Of a stretch of DNA of 64,000 bases, positions 41,410 to 51,459 are shown in pieces. Position 1 is the stretch's first letter. Each line of letters starts with the position of its first letter. The notes beneath the pieces were generated by a model that made no database searches, had not been told where the DNA came from, and worked only from the letters and a program-made list of their open reading frames with translations. Location of the stretch: NCBI GenBank assembly GCA_002898795.1, contig BEIG01000001.1, positions 192 to 64,191 on the forward strand. Reading direction: 5' to 3'. Made by a program: the position numbers and the translations under genes. The stretch comes from a bacterium HR30 (GTDB lineage Bacteria > Desulfobacterota > Binatia > HRBIN30).

Positions 41410-42174
41410 CTACCGTGCGTTCTGGGTGTCCATCGCCGACTCCTGCGAAACGCACGTAGGGCAGGAGACGACGCTTTCTTTCCCTTTGGGCCACGCGTTC
41501 CACACCGACGCGCCAACGAGCAGTGCGATTCCGCCGTACATCGCAGCGTCGGACTCCAAGACAAACTTACCGAGCAACACGACAACGACCGCCACGAGCC
41601 CCGCGGCAAGTGGACCGTATCCCCAGCGGGTTCGCGCGCGGAACGCCAGCGCACCCACGGCCAGAAGCAGGAACGCTACCGTGAGCGCGAACAGGTACGC
41701 CGTGTCCAGCAGGAACCCCAGCCCCACCGAGCTGAGCAGGCCCGCATACGCTGGCCAGCATGCGGGGCACGCAAGCTTAGGGAGAAATGCGAACGCGATC
41801 CCTGGCGCGGTCGCTAGAGAACTTTGCCATCCCGAAGACAAGGGCTTGCTGATCGGCGATTGGCTGCTGGCGGCACGCAAGGCCTGTGCAATCTGTTCGA
41901 CGGTCGGAACGCCCTGGAGCAAACCGGAACCGCTGCGATACAAACGGCAACTCGAATATCCTGCGCCGGGTGCGACCCCCGCGACATCGCGCCCATCCAC
42001 AAGGATGGTTGGAGACCCGTATCCACGGGCGTAGGCCGGGCACTCCGGTGACTTCTGCTCCCACTCCGTCCACGAAGGTTGAAGCCCGACCAGGCGGAAA
42101 GCCTCGAGGAGCACCTTCCTGGCAGCGTCGACGTTCGGACAAACCTTGTCGTACACCAGCTCGACACGAGTCAT
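41410..42174 (-). CDS. Glutaredoxin-like N-terminal domain fused to a polytopic membrane domain with CPAC and SCPTC motifs
   Basis: VELVYDKVCPNV...SPTILVDGRDVAG is a Grx-like fold. The TM region carries LACPACWPAYAGLL, and the C-terminus carries SCPTC. ATGA overlap with the upstream regulator. Confidence 0.6.
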   Translation of the reverse strand: MTRVELVYDKVCPNVDAARKVLLEAFRLVGLQPSWTEWEQKSPECPAYARGYGSPTILVDGRDVAGVAPGAGYSSCRLYRSGSGLLQGVPTVEQIAQALRAASSQSPISKPLSSGWQSSLATAPGIAFAFLPKLACPACWPAYAGLLSSVGLGFLLDTAYLFALTVAFLLLAVGALAFRARTRWGYGPLAAGLVAVVVVLLGKFVLESDAAMYGGIALLVGASVWNAWPKGKESVVSCPTCVSQESAMDTQNAR

Positions 42175-42584
42175 GATACGTCTTCCTCCGAACCCATGGC
42201 CTCCAGAATCGGGCACTGGCTCACTGGCCCGCTACCCGAGCATTCGCCGATGAGCTTGGTCAGGGCCCTCCGCATCGCCTGAAGCGTTCGGACCTTGTCG
42301 TCGATGTGCTTCACCTTGGCCTTCGCCCGCTCACGAATTTCGCCACATCGGGTTCGAGGCGTGGCACGAAGTGCAAGAAGCTCCTTGATCTCCTTCAGCG
42401 TAAACCCCAGCTCCTGCGCCCGCTTGATGAAGCGCACCCGCAGCACGGCCTCCGCTGGATAAGACCGGTAATTCGACCCCGTGCGAGGCGGCCGGGGCAA
42501 AAGTCCCCGGCGTTCGTAGTAGTAAACCGTTTGCACCTTCACGCCCGCTTGCTTGGCAACTTCACCAATCTTGAGACCTCGCAT
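42171..42584 (-). CDS. MerR-family transcriptional regulator with MerR-type (Hg-binding-like) Cys spacing
   Basis: N-terminal HTH IGEVAKQAGVKVQTVYYYERRGLL. Cys80, Cys115 and Cys124 compare with MerR C82/C117/C126. Confidence 0.85.
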   Translation of the reverse strand: MRGLKIGEVAKQAGVKVQTVYYYERRGLLPRPPRTGSNYRSYPAEAVLRVRFIKRAQELGFTLKEIKELLALRATPRTRCGEIRERAKAKVKHIDDKVRTLQAMRRALTKLIGECSGSGPVSQCPILEAMGSEEDVS

Positions 42585-42594
42585 CGCCGATCTC

Positions 42595-42634
42595 CTGCAT
42601 GCAGTCTACAGCCTGTGCTTAGGTATAGGGTCAA
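42595..42634 (-). promoter_or_regulatory. Putative MerR-type promoter with a 10-bp perfect palindrome
   Basis: On the minus strand: TTGACC, a 19-bp spacer, TAGACT, then palindrome CTGCATGCAG (42595-42604), then AGGAGA RBS and the ATG. Confidence 0.35.
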
Positions 42635-42860
42635 GCCCTTCGACTCCTTTCTCGAAGAACGACGTAGAACTCACGAAAACCTCCAACCGCTTCCGCACAA
42701 CAACAGGTTCGCCCGGCAGTTGACTCTGTGGTCCGCTGCCGAACCGCAGGCTAGGCAGCGGTACCAATCAAGCGTCGTGTGACACCGCTGACTATGGCGA
42801 AAGCAAGGGCTTTCCGCCGCTCCTGCCACGTTTTCAGACCAAGATCGCTCCTGAAAAGCG

Positions 42861-43322
42861 GTGCTGATCGAAAGATACAACGGGGAAAGGAACGCACCAG
42901 GCTCGGAGCACCGGCGTGTTGGTCGCTACATCATCGCGGCGCGCAAGCGCGGCGTCCAATTCGAAGGCCTGGCTGAGAGTCCCAGCGTGCTGGTTTCCAG
43001 GCTGTTCGCCAAAGGCCAGCGGGTCCTTGAGGAAAACGGCATCGTCTACGTGGAGATTGCCTCCCTGCTGAATGGATCGCCGTGCGACGACACCACCACT
43101 CGTTTGGCGAGGCATAACCCCAAATTGCGGGCCCGGCTCCGCTACACCCGCGACATCTCTACCCGCGTCGCACCACGCCCCCGCGGGTCCATGAGAAGAT
43201 CGGGCGTTTGGCGCTCCAACCGTGATCGCATCCCACCGAGCGCGGGCATGAGCTCCTGCAATCGCTCTTATCTCCGTGGGATACGGCATCCGCAAAACTC
43301 TCTCGTGGCCGCTCTTCCATGA
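42861..43322 (+). CDS. Doubtful ORF in a 1.4-kb region without recognisable genes
   Basis: GC3 is moderately high, but there is no homology and no RBS. An equally long ORF overlaps it on the other strand. Confidence 0.15.
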   Translation: MLIERYNGERNAPGSEHRRVGRYIIAARKRGVQFEGLAESPSVLVSRLFAKGQRVLEENGIVYVEIASLLNGSPCDDTTTRLARHNPKLRARLRYTRDISTRVAPRPRGSMRRSGVWRSNRDRIPPSAGMSSCNRSYLRGIRHPQNSLVAALP

Positions 43323-44038
43323 AGTCCACCTACCGTATCTGGTTTTGAAGATGCGCAACCCCTTCGCTCACCGAGCGCAACCGCAGCATCGAGCGCGGCC
43401 GGTGGACCATCGAGCCCCATCTGCTCCACCGGGGCGGGCCGCCCGACATGGGATTCTCACCTACCTTCATCGGCCAGGAGGACGTCGTCTTCTGCGAGGA
43501 TCGTCCCGGTAGAGCTTCTGCCCACGCGTGCGCGCCGCATCGAAACCTAAAAGCTGGGGGTATCTCAACGACCAGGGCACCTGATGCATCTACTGGGGCG
43601 ACAACCAACAGAACATCGCTGGTGTTGGGATCGGCACGCGGGAGCGCGAGGCGCCAGCCCAGGATCCCTTTCCGCCCGCCCTCAGTGCAATCGTTGGAGG
43701 TCGCGGGGGATCGCAGCACCGACAGCACTCGTGCTGTACGGTCCGCTTCACTCCAGGACGGCAAGGTCTCACGGCCCAGTCCAATTGCCGGCTACCCTGC
43801 CGGTAAAACTAAGCCCAGCGCCAAAACCACTTGTTGACGGTCGAGAAAGCTGCCCGCTCGGACACCCAGGGTTGCGGGAGTTTACCAAGCGAGCGGGGCA
43901 ACCAACTGCGTCCCCCTTGCTTGCTTTCTTTCAACCTCACCCCACGCAACTCAACATACCGTCAATCTTGACTGTTATTGTCCAGCATGGCAGGTAGGGG
44001 TTGTCACGACGACCCACTTTCGAGTGCAGAGGGTGAGT

Positions 44039-44596
44039 ATGGTTACGTCATTGTTTTCCGCACTGATCGTTGTCGCCTCGTTGGCCCTGACGATGTACAT
44101 CGTCTCTCTGCTGCTGTCCGCGGCAGCGGAACCGCTGGAGCAACTCTGGGAGTACCGCCGCTTCGAGCAGCACCGGCGGCAGGCCAGCCAGTCTGACATT
44201 TGGCTACAGTCGGGCGCGTTTGACTTGGCTCTACAGTCCTTGCGAGCCGGTTTTTACCTGCACCCGGTTCGGCAGCGCCGCTTATCTGGAGAGATCGTCA
44301 ACCACCACGCCGCTTTGCTGGCGCGCCTCATCGCGCTCACCCACGAACTGTGCGGAGGTAGCGTACGACTGTTTTCCCTTGCACGGGCAGATCGGCTTTT
44401 GGCAGATCGGGCGGAGCTTCAGCGGCGCTTTCTTCGGGCGTGCGAACTTTCGAGCCCAGCACAACAACGTCAACTCCTCGAGCAGCTCGAGCGAAACAGC
44501 CACGATTTGCGTGCGGCACTCGACCAACTGTTTGCAGAAGTGCAAACGATCGTTCGCACTCGCTCCGCGAAAGCCACGGTCGCACGCGGGCACTAG
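44039..44596 (+). CDS. Membrane-anchored hypothetical protein
   Basis: ATG at 44039 with GAGGG RBS. N-terminal TM MVTSLFSALIVVASLALTMYIVSLLL. Confidence 0.5.
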   Translation: MVTSLFSALIVVASLALTMYIVSLLLSAAAEPLEQLWEYRRFEQHRRQASQSDIWLQSGAFDLALQSLRAGFYLHPVRQRRLSGEIVNHHAALLARLIALTHELCGGSVRLFSLARADRLLADRAELQRRFLRACELSSPAQQRQLLEQLERNSHDLRAALDQLFAEVQTIVRTRSAKATVARGH

Positions 44597-44744
44597 GCGG
44601 TCTTTTCGAGGAGTACTCAAAAGCCATCGCGGCTCGGTGCTTTTGCCTCTGATCGCGGGCGAGGAGGTGTTTCCTTCGTCAGCCGAGTGCGTTTCGGGTA
44701 CCGCTCCCTACCCCCCAAATTCCGCCGACGCAAAGCAGCGGCGC

Positions 44745-46865
44745 CTACCAAAAGCAGTCGGGAACAGCGGCCGTGCGGCCGAGCACAAGGTCCAGTTGCG
44801 CTAATTCGCGACGCCAGTAACACAGGGTGTGGGCCTTTTGCAGGTAACCGTATTGGTAGAGCGTGGGATTCCGCCCCGCGGCTGTCAGTCGTGCTCCCAT
44901 TGGGTCCAGCAAGGCTGCATGCCGCCGATCGACCACGGACTGGGCCCGCGCAAGTGTCTCCAGCGCGGTAGCCCGCAACCGCTGCGCCGTGTCGGCATCG
45001 CCTCCGGCCACCGCCAGCGCCGCGCGATAAACGCTTTCGATGAACCTGGCCCGTAAGGGCTGCATGGCCAACCCGTCGGAAAGCTCTGCCAACCAGAGAT
45101 TCTCCACTTCCCTCACAGCACCCTGGAACTCCGCAACAACCCGGTCCGATTCTTCGGCCAGCACGGCTAGCGGCTCGAGCACACTCGCTGCAAAACGCGC
45201 CCTTTCGTCTTGAGACCAACGCACGACCTCGCGCAGTTCCGGCCGGTCCGGCTGCGAGTGAATTCCCAGGCGGTCTCCCAAGTCGATGATGGCATCTCGG
45301 CCTGCCAAATATGGCGCCAAACGTTGATGAATGGCTGCGCGAGCCTGCAGTTCTGCCAAGCGTTCGACTGCACTCGCCGCAGCCAAACCCGCTGGTCCCA
45401 TGGGTTCGAAGATGTACCTCGCCAGTTCTTGCCACTGGTTGGGCAAGTGGAAGGACATCCACAAACTCGCCAAGTCATTTTGCCAGTACCCCCACTCCCA
45501 CCCGGAGGAAAAGATGACGTTGGCACGCAACGACGAGGTCGGAGCAAGGCGGCGAATTTCCGCCAAGTCGAGCCAACGGGAGCGGAGGTAAACCGGGAAA
45601 TACAAGGGCACCGAGTTGTCAAACGCAATCCAATAGGCCGACTCGGGATGATAACCCACCGGAACGCCTGCGCGGAGTTTGGTCAATAGGTACTCGCGAT
45701 GCTCGGCAAACTCGTCGTAGTCGTACGCCCCCGCCGCAGGCTCGAACAAATTAAAGTACATCACGGTGTGCACCCACGGCTCGATCGGCACCGACGCAAA
45801 ATCGACGAGGAAATAATACAGTAGTTGTCGTCCGCCGTACTCCACCCGCAAGTTTGGGTAGTTTCCCAAGTGCACGGATGCAGACATCTGCACCCCCGGC
45901 GCGACTCGTTGCAGCGTGTCATAAGCACGCTCCACCATCCGCACAAACGCATCAGGGCTCTCGCCGAAAAATTCGCCAAACGAGAGCATCACCCAGTCGA
46001 AGCGCGCCGCATTGAAAAGAAGCCGCCAACGGTTGACCATGGTTGCGTCCGGATCGGGGTCATCCGGGCGATCGAGGAGGTCGAAAGCGTTTTGCAAGTT
46101 CGAAGAACTGAACAATTGCACAGCGATTCCCACCTGCATGCCGCGGGCATGCGCCGCGTCGACGATCGCTCGGGTGTGAGCGGCCCATTGCTGGTAACGC
46201 TCAGGGTCGCGCGCAATGTCGTTGAGCGCCACCCACTGCACGTAATTGCCGCGGTTCCACGCCACCCAGTCGAGAGTTCGCTGCGCGCGTTCGAAGGCCT
46301 CAGGACCCGTGAGCCAAAAATCGTAGAGCGATTCAATTGGGTGAAGCGTATGGAGTTGTAAGCCCCGCAAAGGGATTTGCGGCTGCTGCAACTGGCCAAA
46401 CGACCGACCCGCGCCTTGCAAGTCGAACACGGCCGGCACAAAGGTACGAAATGGGTGCAAGAACCGCACGCCGAGACTTTCGAACCACGCCGCTAGGCCA
46501 AACACGCAACCCAGCACATCTTCTTGTCCGCAGCGGACCACAGCCGAGGCTGGCACTCCCTGCAAGCGAAAGCACTCCCGACACGGCAGATCTTGTTCCA
46601 CCAACACCTGCAACTCAGCTCCGGAACGTGGAGCGTGGCCGGATCCTTCCGAGTTCTCCACGCGCACGTTCAGCGGGACGGAAGCAACCATCTCCCCAAT
46701 CCGCTGCCGTAAACTCTCCGGCATCCGAACAGAAATCGGCGTTGTCGCTGGCAGGGACGCTTGCTCAACCTCACCATCGTCCCCACATCCGACACCAAAC
46801 CACAGGATAAACCACAGGCACAGAACCCACCGACTTGCCCGCCCCACCACTCGTCCAACTCCCAT
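44745..46865 (-). CDS. Large hypothetical lipoprotein (about 700 aa; possibly glycoside-hydrolase-like, unsupported)
   Basis: MGVGRVVGRASRWVLCLWFILWFGVGC lipobox. ATG at 46863-46865. Confidence 0.6.
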   Translation of the reverse strand: MGVGRVVGRASRWVLCLWFILWFGVGCGDDGEVEQASLPATTPISVRMPESLRQRIGEMVASVPLNVRVENSEGSGHAPRSGAELQVLVEQDLPCRECFRLQGVPASAVVRCGQEDVLGCVFGLAAWFESLGVRFLHPFRTFVPAVFDLQGAGRSFGQLQQPQIPLRGLQLHTLHPIESLYDFWLTGPEAFERAQRTLDWVAWNRGNYVQWVALNDIARDPERYQQWAAHTRAIVDAAHARGMQVGIAVQLFSSSNLQNAFDLLDRPDDPDPDATMVNRWRLLFNAARFDWVMLSFGEFFGESPDAFVRMVERAYDTLQRVAPGVQMSASVHLGNYPNLRVEYGGRQLLYYFLVDFASVPIEPWVHTVMYFNLFEPAAGAYDYDEFAEHREYLLTKLRAGVPVGYHPESAYWIAFDNSVPLYFPVYLRSRWLDLAEIRRLAPTSSLRANVIFSSGWEWGYWQNDLASLWMSFHLPNQWQELARYIFEPMGPAGLAAASAVERLAELQARAAIHQRLAPYLAGRDAIIDLGDRLGIHSQPDRPELREVVRWSQDERARFAASVLEPLAVLAEESDRVVAEFQGAVREVENLWLAELSDGLAMQPLRARFIESVYRAALAVAGGDADTAQRLRATALETLARAQSVVDRRHAALLDPMGARLTAAGRNPTLYQYGYLQKAHTLCYWRRELAQLDLVLGRTAAVPDCFW

Positions 46866-47351
46866 TGCGTTACCCCAGCAATCCCCGGTTGCAAGTGCCA
46901 TTATGCCCAAGATTTCTAACTCTGCAACCACCGTCTGTCACGGTTCAACGTGTGCGTTGCTTCACTGCCGTCGGGCCCCCACCAAGAAATCGGTTACACA
47001 CGCCAACGTCACCGACCGGATGCCCATGCTCTCGATCCGGCTGGCAAGCCTTGGCGATGATCTCGAGCAGGCAAGGTCTCAAAGCCGTCAGAGGCACGGT
47101 ACTTTCCATACCCTCGTTCCGTGGCTGACGGCACATAACGCACAGCGGCGTGCGGAGGAAAACGGCGCGCGGCCTATTCCCTCGCGTTCTGCAGAAGAAT
47201 CCTGAGGCGCCGAGTGTCGCACTAGAGTGCCTGCTCGACGACGCGGAACTCCTTTCCCGCCCTCGAGCGAGAGCCGGTCGGTTCGCCTCCGTGCGACCGT
47301 GCTGGCCAAATCCCTTTGCACCGAACCTGCGTGCCAGGCTAGGGAGCAGTC

Positions 47352-48170
47352 ATGCAATTTGCTCTACAGCGGGAGTGGGACGTCGCGATCGAGGCAGCGA
47401 GGGCGGCCGGCGACGTGGTGCGCCACTACTATCGCCGCAAAGTCAGGGTACGCTACAAAGAGGCCGGCAAGCACAACCCTGTGTCGGAGGCAGACCTGGA
47501 AGCCAATCGGGTGATCGAAAGCCACCTCCGCGCCACTTTCCCCGAAGACGGTTGGCTCTCCGAAGAAACCCGCGACTCTCCAGAGCGCCTTCAGAAACAG
47601 CGGGTGTGGATTGTCGACCCCCTCGACGGTTCGCGGGAATTCCTCGAACACATTCCCGAGTTCGTGGTGTGTGTAGCTCTCGCCATCGAGGGACAACCTG
47701 CTCTGGGCGTAGAGTACAATCCAATTCGCGAGGAACTTTTTGTTGGCGCTGTGGGACGGGGCGCCTTTCTGGGCGAGGAGCCTGTAAAGGTCTCCACAAC
47801 CCAGACCCTCAGCGAAGCTCGTTTTCTAGCGAGCCGCAGCGAAGACCGGCGCGGGGAGTGGGACGAGTTCAAAAGCGAAATCCGGGTAGAGCTAACCGGC
47901 AGCGTGGCTTACAAGCTGGCGCTCATTGCCGCAGGGCGGGCCGATGCCACTTTTAGCCTCACTCCCAAAAACGAATGGGACATTTGCGCCGGTGCTGCAC
48001 TGATCGAGGCTGCCGGCGGCCGCATCACCGATCGCTTTGGCAATGCGTTGCGTTTCAACCAACGGCACACGCGCCTTCCCGGCATCATTGCCACCAATGG
48101 CCACCTTCACGAACCAGTGTTGCAACTCCTGGCGCGACACGGGAAGTTGGTGGAAAAAGCAAAGGGCTAG
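47352..48170 (+). CDS. Inositol monophosphatase / CysQ-family phosphatase
   Basis: WIVDPLDGS and EE..D metal-binding motifs. AGGGAG RBS. Confidence 0.85.
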   Translation: MQFALQREWDVAIEAARAAGDVVRHYYRRKVRVRYKEAGKHNPVSEADLEANRVIESHLRATFPEDGWLSEETRDSPERLQKQRVWIVDPLDGSREFLEHIPEFVVCVALAIEGQPALGVEYNPIREELFVGAVGRGAFLGEEPVKVSTTQTLSEARFLASRSEDRRGEWDEFKSEIRVELTGSVAYKLALIAAGRADATFSLTPKNEWDICAGAALIEAAGGRITDRFGNALRFNQRHTRLPGIIATNGHLHEPVLQLLARHGKLVEKAKG

Positions 48171-48460
48171 TTTCAAACCCGAGGCGAGCAGCGCGCGAAC
48201 ACCCCGCGGCGACAAGCTCGCCGCAGCAATTTCTCTTCTAGAACAAGACCGGCGCAAATTCCTCTGCCGGCCGACGCTCCCGTAGGATCGCGAGCCGAGA
48301 AAAGCCGCCGTTGCCCCAATGCTTCCGCGCTCGCCAACGGCGGCCACAGCATAGCCGCCATCGATAACGGCCATCGAACGATACAATTGGCGGTCCAACT
48401 GCAGCCAACGTTATTTTGTACGCCGCAATCGCAATCTTCATTCGGCAGGAGGTGAACCGT

Positions 48461-49000
48461 ATGCTGACCGTTGGTGATCGTTTTCCCCATTTCCAACTCA
48501 AGGCCGTGGTGAGCCGTGAGCCTGGGCGCGAGTTCGCCGAGCTCACAAACGAAAGTTTCCCTGGAAAGTGGCTTGTCGTGTTTTTCTGGCCCATGGATTT
48601 TACCTTTGTGTGTCCGACAGAAATCGCCGAGTTCGGCCGGCGCGAAGCGGAGTTCCGTGCACGCAACGCGCAAGTCCTTGGCGCTTCCACGGACACACAC
48701 TACGTGCACCTTGCCTGGCGGCAGCAACACCCCGAGCTGCGCGACCTGCCCTTTCCCATGCTCGCGGATACCAAGCGGGAACTCAGCACCGCGCTGGGCA
48801 TTCTGCACAAAGACGAAGGCGTTGCCTTGCGGGCGACATTTATCGTCGACCCGGAAGGCGTCATCCGCTTTGTGAGCGTGAACGATCTCGCCACTGGCCG
48901 CAGTGTCGACGAGGTGCTGCGGGTACTCGCCGCACTTCAGACCAATGAGCTCACACCGTGCAACTGGCGACCAGGGGAACCCACGCTCAAAGTGGCGTAA
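48461..49000 (+). CDS. Peroxiredoxin (AhpC/TSA family)
   Basis: FTFVCPTE peroxidatic Cys motif, with the resolving Cys near the C-terminus (TPCNW). AGGAGGTG RBS. Confidence 0.9.
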   Translation: MLTVGDRFPHFQLKAVVSREPGREFAELTNESFPGKWLVVFFWPMDFTFVCPTEIAEFGRREAEFRARNAQVLGASTDTHYVHLAWRQQHPELRDLPFPMLADTKRELSTALGILHKDEGVALRATFIVDPEGVIRFVSVNDLATGRSVDEVLRVLAALQTNELTPCNWRPGEPTLKVA

Positions 49001-49066
49001 CTCGGCCCCCTGGTAACGGCCACGGTTGTCTGGCAAGAGGCAGGGGCAAAGGGAGGTGTCGATAGG

Positions 49067-49756
49067 ATGAGCGAGCCGTGGTCGCGACGTTCCGTACTCA
49101 AACTCGGGGCTGCCGCTGCCGTAACCTTTTGGGTACGCCGTGCCTCGGGGGAAACCGCACCCTTTGCCCTACCTCCCCTCCCCTGGGAGGAGAACGCCTT
49201 AGCCCCGACCATCTCGGCGCAGACGATTTCGTTCCACTACGGCAAGCACCACCGGGCCTATGTGGAGAACTTGAACAAACTGGTCGCGGGTACCGAGTTC
49301 GCCGACTTACCCCTCGAACGGGTCGTGCAGCAAACAGTGGGAAAGCCTGAGAAGGTGGCCATCTTCAATAACGCGGCGCAAGCTTGGAACCACACATTTT
49401 ACTGGCGGAGCTTGAGCCCGAAAGGTGGGGGCAAACCAACCGGAAAACTTCTGGAACAAATCGAGCAAGACTTTGGCGGATTCGACCAGTTCCGCGCAAA
49501 GTTTGCGCAAGCCGCTGTCGGCCAGTTTGGCAGCGGGTGGGCTTGGCTGGTTAAAAGCAGCGGGCGCTTAGAAATTCTTGCCACGCCCAATGCCGACACG
49601 CCCATCACGATGGGGAAAACGCCGCTGCTCACCATCGACGTGTGGGAACATGCCTACTACCTGGACTACCAAAATCGACGCGGCGATTACGTGAACGCCG
49701 TGATCGACAAACTCCTCAACTGGGAATTTGCCACCCAGCAGTTCACGTCGGCTTAA
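49067..49756 (+). CDS. Fe/Mn superoxide dismutase with twin-arginine (Tat) signal peptide
   Basis: [14 protein letters not shown] Tat motif. HYGKHH and [18 protein letters not shown] signatures. GGGAGGTG RBS. Confidence 0.9.
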   Translation: MSEPWSRRSVLKLGAAAAVTFWVRRASGETAPFALPPLPWEENALAPTISAQTISFHYGKHHRAYVENLNKLVAGTEFADLPLERVVQQTVGKPEKVAIFNNAAQAWNHTFYWRSLSPKGGGKPTGKLLEQIEQDFGGFDQFRAKFAQAAVGQFGSGWAWLVKSSGRLEILATPNADTPITMGKTPLLTIDVWEHAYYLDYQNRRGDYVNAVIDKLLNWEFATQQFTSA

Positions 49757-49787
49757 CTTGGGCAGAGTTTCCCGAGCCAACGGCTTT

Positions 49788-51425
49788 TCAGCGGGCTCGA
49801 CCGAACCACTGACGCACCCGCTCGGCAAGCGACCTTGGTTCCTCGCGAGCCTGGAAGGTCGTCTCCACCCGGTATACACGCTGGCCACGCCGCACTACCC
49901 ACGCCACCGTGTTTTCTCGGGGGAATTCTGGTCCCCACAGCACTGCATCGAAGGAAAAGACGCTTTCTCCATCGAGCACAGCCACCATGCGCTTTTTCCA
50001 GGTTGCCTCCCAAGCCAAGTGCTTTCCGTCCGGCGAAAAGCGCGGCCGCCAGGCCTCGGAGTACGCTAGCGGAAACGCACGCCCATCGATGAAGTAACGC
50101 CACGTCGTGCGCTCCACATCATCGGCTGCTGCGTAAGCCAGCCGCCGCCCATCGGGGGAAAATGCTAAACCCCAAACCGCGTAGTACGGCCCCCAGCGCA
50201 CGCCGTCGGACACCACATCCAACAACACGTCGCGGCTAACCGGCAGCGCCCGCCAGCACGGAAACGCGACGCGTGCGCCATCGTCGGAGAGCAGCGGCGG
50301 TCCCTGCTCCCAAAAGTGCTCGCACACGGGTTCCACGGCTGCACCGCCGTGCACTACACGCCACTGCGTTTCCTGCCCTGGAACCTTTTCCCACCAAGCC
50401 ACCTGAGGGGCTTCGTCTGCACTGGTCAACGACCCGGCCAGGATCGTCGGCGAAGTTCGAAATTGGTCGAAACCAACCGCAAAGTCGCCTTCCACGCTCC
50501 ACACATGCGCGAAAGAGGCGAGACGTTGGTCGTTGCGGTACACCGCCCAGCCGTCGGCATCGTAAACCAACGTGACCAGGCTACCGTCTTTCAAGTACAC
50601 TGCGCGAAATTGGCGCAAGCCAGGAGGTCGGTTGGACAAACGCATCGGTGGCGACGCCTTGTCGGGTGGGGCAGGGGAGAGAATCCGCCGTTCCTCCCCA
50701 TCGACAACCAACACATGCTTGCCGTCTTCCCGCTCTGCAACAAAGGCAATGTGGGTTCCATCCGCGCTCAACGCCGGGACAGAAACGTCGCGGAACCTTC
50801 CGATCAAGGCGCCGTTGGAGATCACGCCTACCAGGGGTGGGCTACTTTCTGTTTGCTCTCGGGGGGCGAGGCTGCACACGGTTGCCCATCGACGGCCGTT
50901 TCGGCTGAGCCAGAAGAGGTTTGGACCCATGCATTCCGTATCCACGACGCGCCCGTTCTCCACGATCACGAGCTTTTCCGCCCCAAGGCGCCGCTCGATG
51001 GCCCAGTAAATCCGGGTGTGGGTCTCGCGCAGGAACACGGGGTTGCCCACCTCCTCGAACTCTGGGTCGACCCCGTCCCGGAACACCACGCGTTGGCCAG
51101 CGGTGGTGCGATCGACGTAGGCGTAGTGTTCCCCGTCGGAACCAATGGCCAAGCTCGTGCGGCGTGCGCTTCCGGGTAAGCGCACGAGCTCTTTCACCAC
51201 GGTGGCTTTTGTCGTGCTCACGCGCGAATCGTTTTTCGAGCACGCAGCGGTGGAAGCAATCAGCGCAAGCGCTAGCGCGGTTTGCCTTCTCCAACGGGCA
51301 CTGCTGGCGATGGGGTACCAACGGCGGCCTCCCGGAGTTCGGAGTGATCCCGTTTCGTTCCACCCGCTGGCAGTGGAGTGGCTACGACTTTTCCTCGGGT
51401 GCATCACCAGACTTACGCCGCCCAA
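49788..51425 (-). CDS. Lipoprotein with PD40/TolB-like beta-propeller repeats
   Basis: ALALALIASTAAC lipobox and recurrent FSPDG(K/R)(H/R)LA(Y/W) motifs. Confidence 0.6.
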   Translation of the reverse strand: MGGVSLVMHPRKSRSHSTASGWNETGSLRTPGGRRWYPIASSARWRRQTALALALIASTAACSKNDSRVSTTKATVVKELVRLPGSARRTSLAIGSDGEHYAYVDRTTAGQRVVFRDGVDPEFEEVGNPVFLRETHTRIYWAIERRLGAEKLVIVENGRVVDTECMGPNLFWLSRNGRRWATVCSLAPREQTESSPPLVGVISNGALIGRFRDVSVPALSADGTHIAFVAEREDGKHVLVVDGEERRILSPAPPDKASPPMRLSNRPPGLRQFRAVYLKDGSLVTLVYDADGWAVYRNDQRLASFAHVWSVEGDFAVGFDQFRTSPTILAGSLTSADEAPQVAWWEKVPGQETQWRVVHGGAAVEPVCEHFWEQGPPLLSDDGARVAFPCWRALPVSRDVLLDVVSDGVRWGPYYAVWGLAFSPDGRRLAYAAADDVERTTWRYFIDGRAFPLAYSEAWRPRFSPDGKHLAWEATWKKRMVAVLDGESVFSFDAVLWGPEFPRENTVAWVVRRGQRVYRVETTFQAREEPRSLAERVRQWFGRAR

Positions 51426-51459
51426 GTGTCTCGATCGGTTTTCCGCCTGGGGCCAGCCC

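Noticed and set aside
42834-43358. A 174-aa minus-strand ORF
   Set aside because: It has no homology or RBS and overlaps an equally long plus-strand ORF. It was left uncalled.
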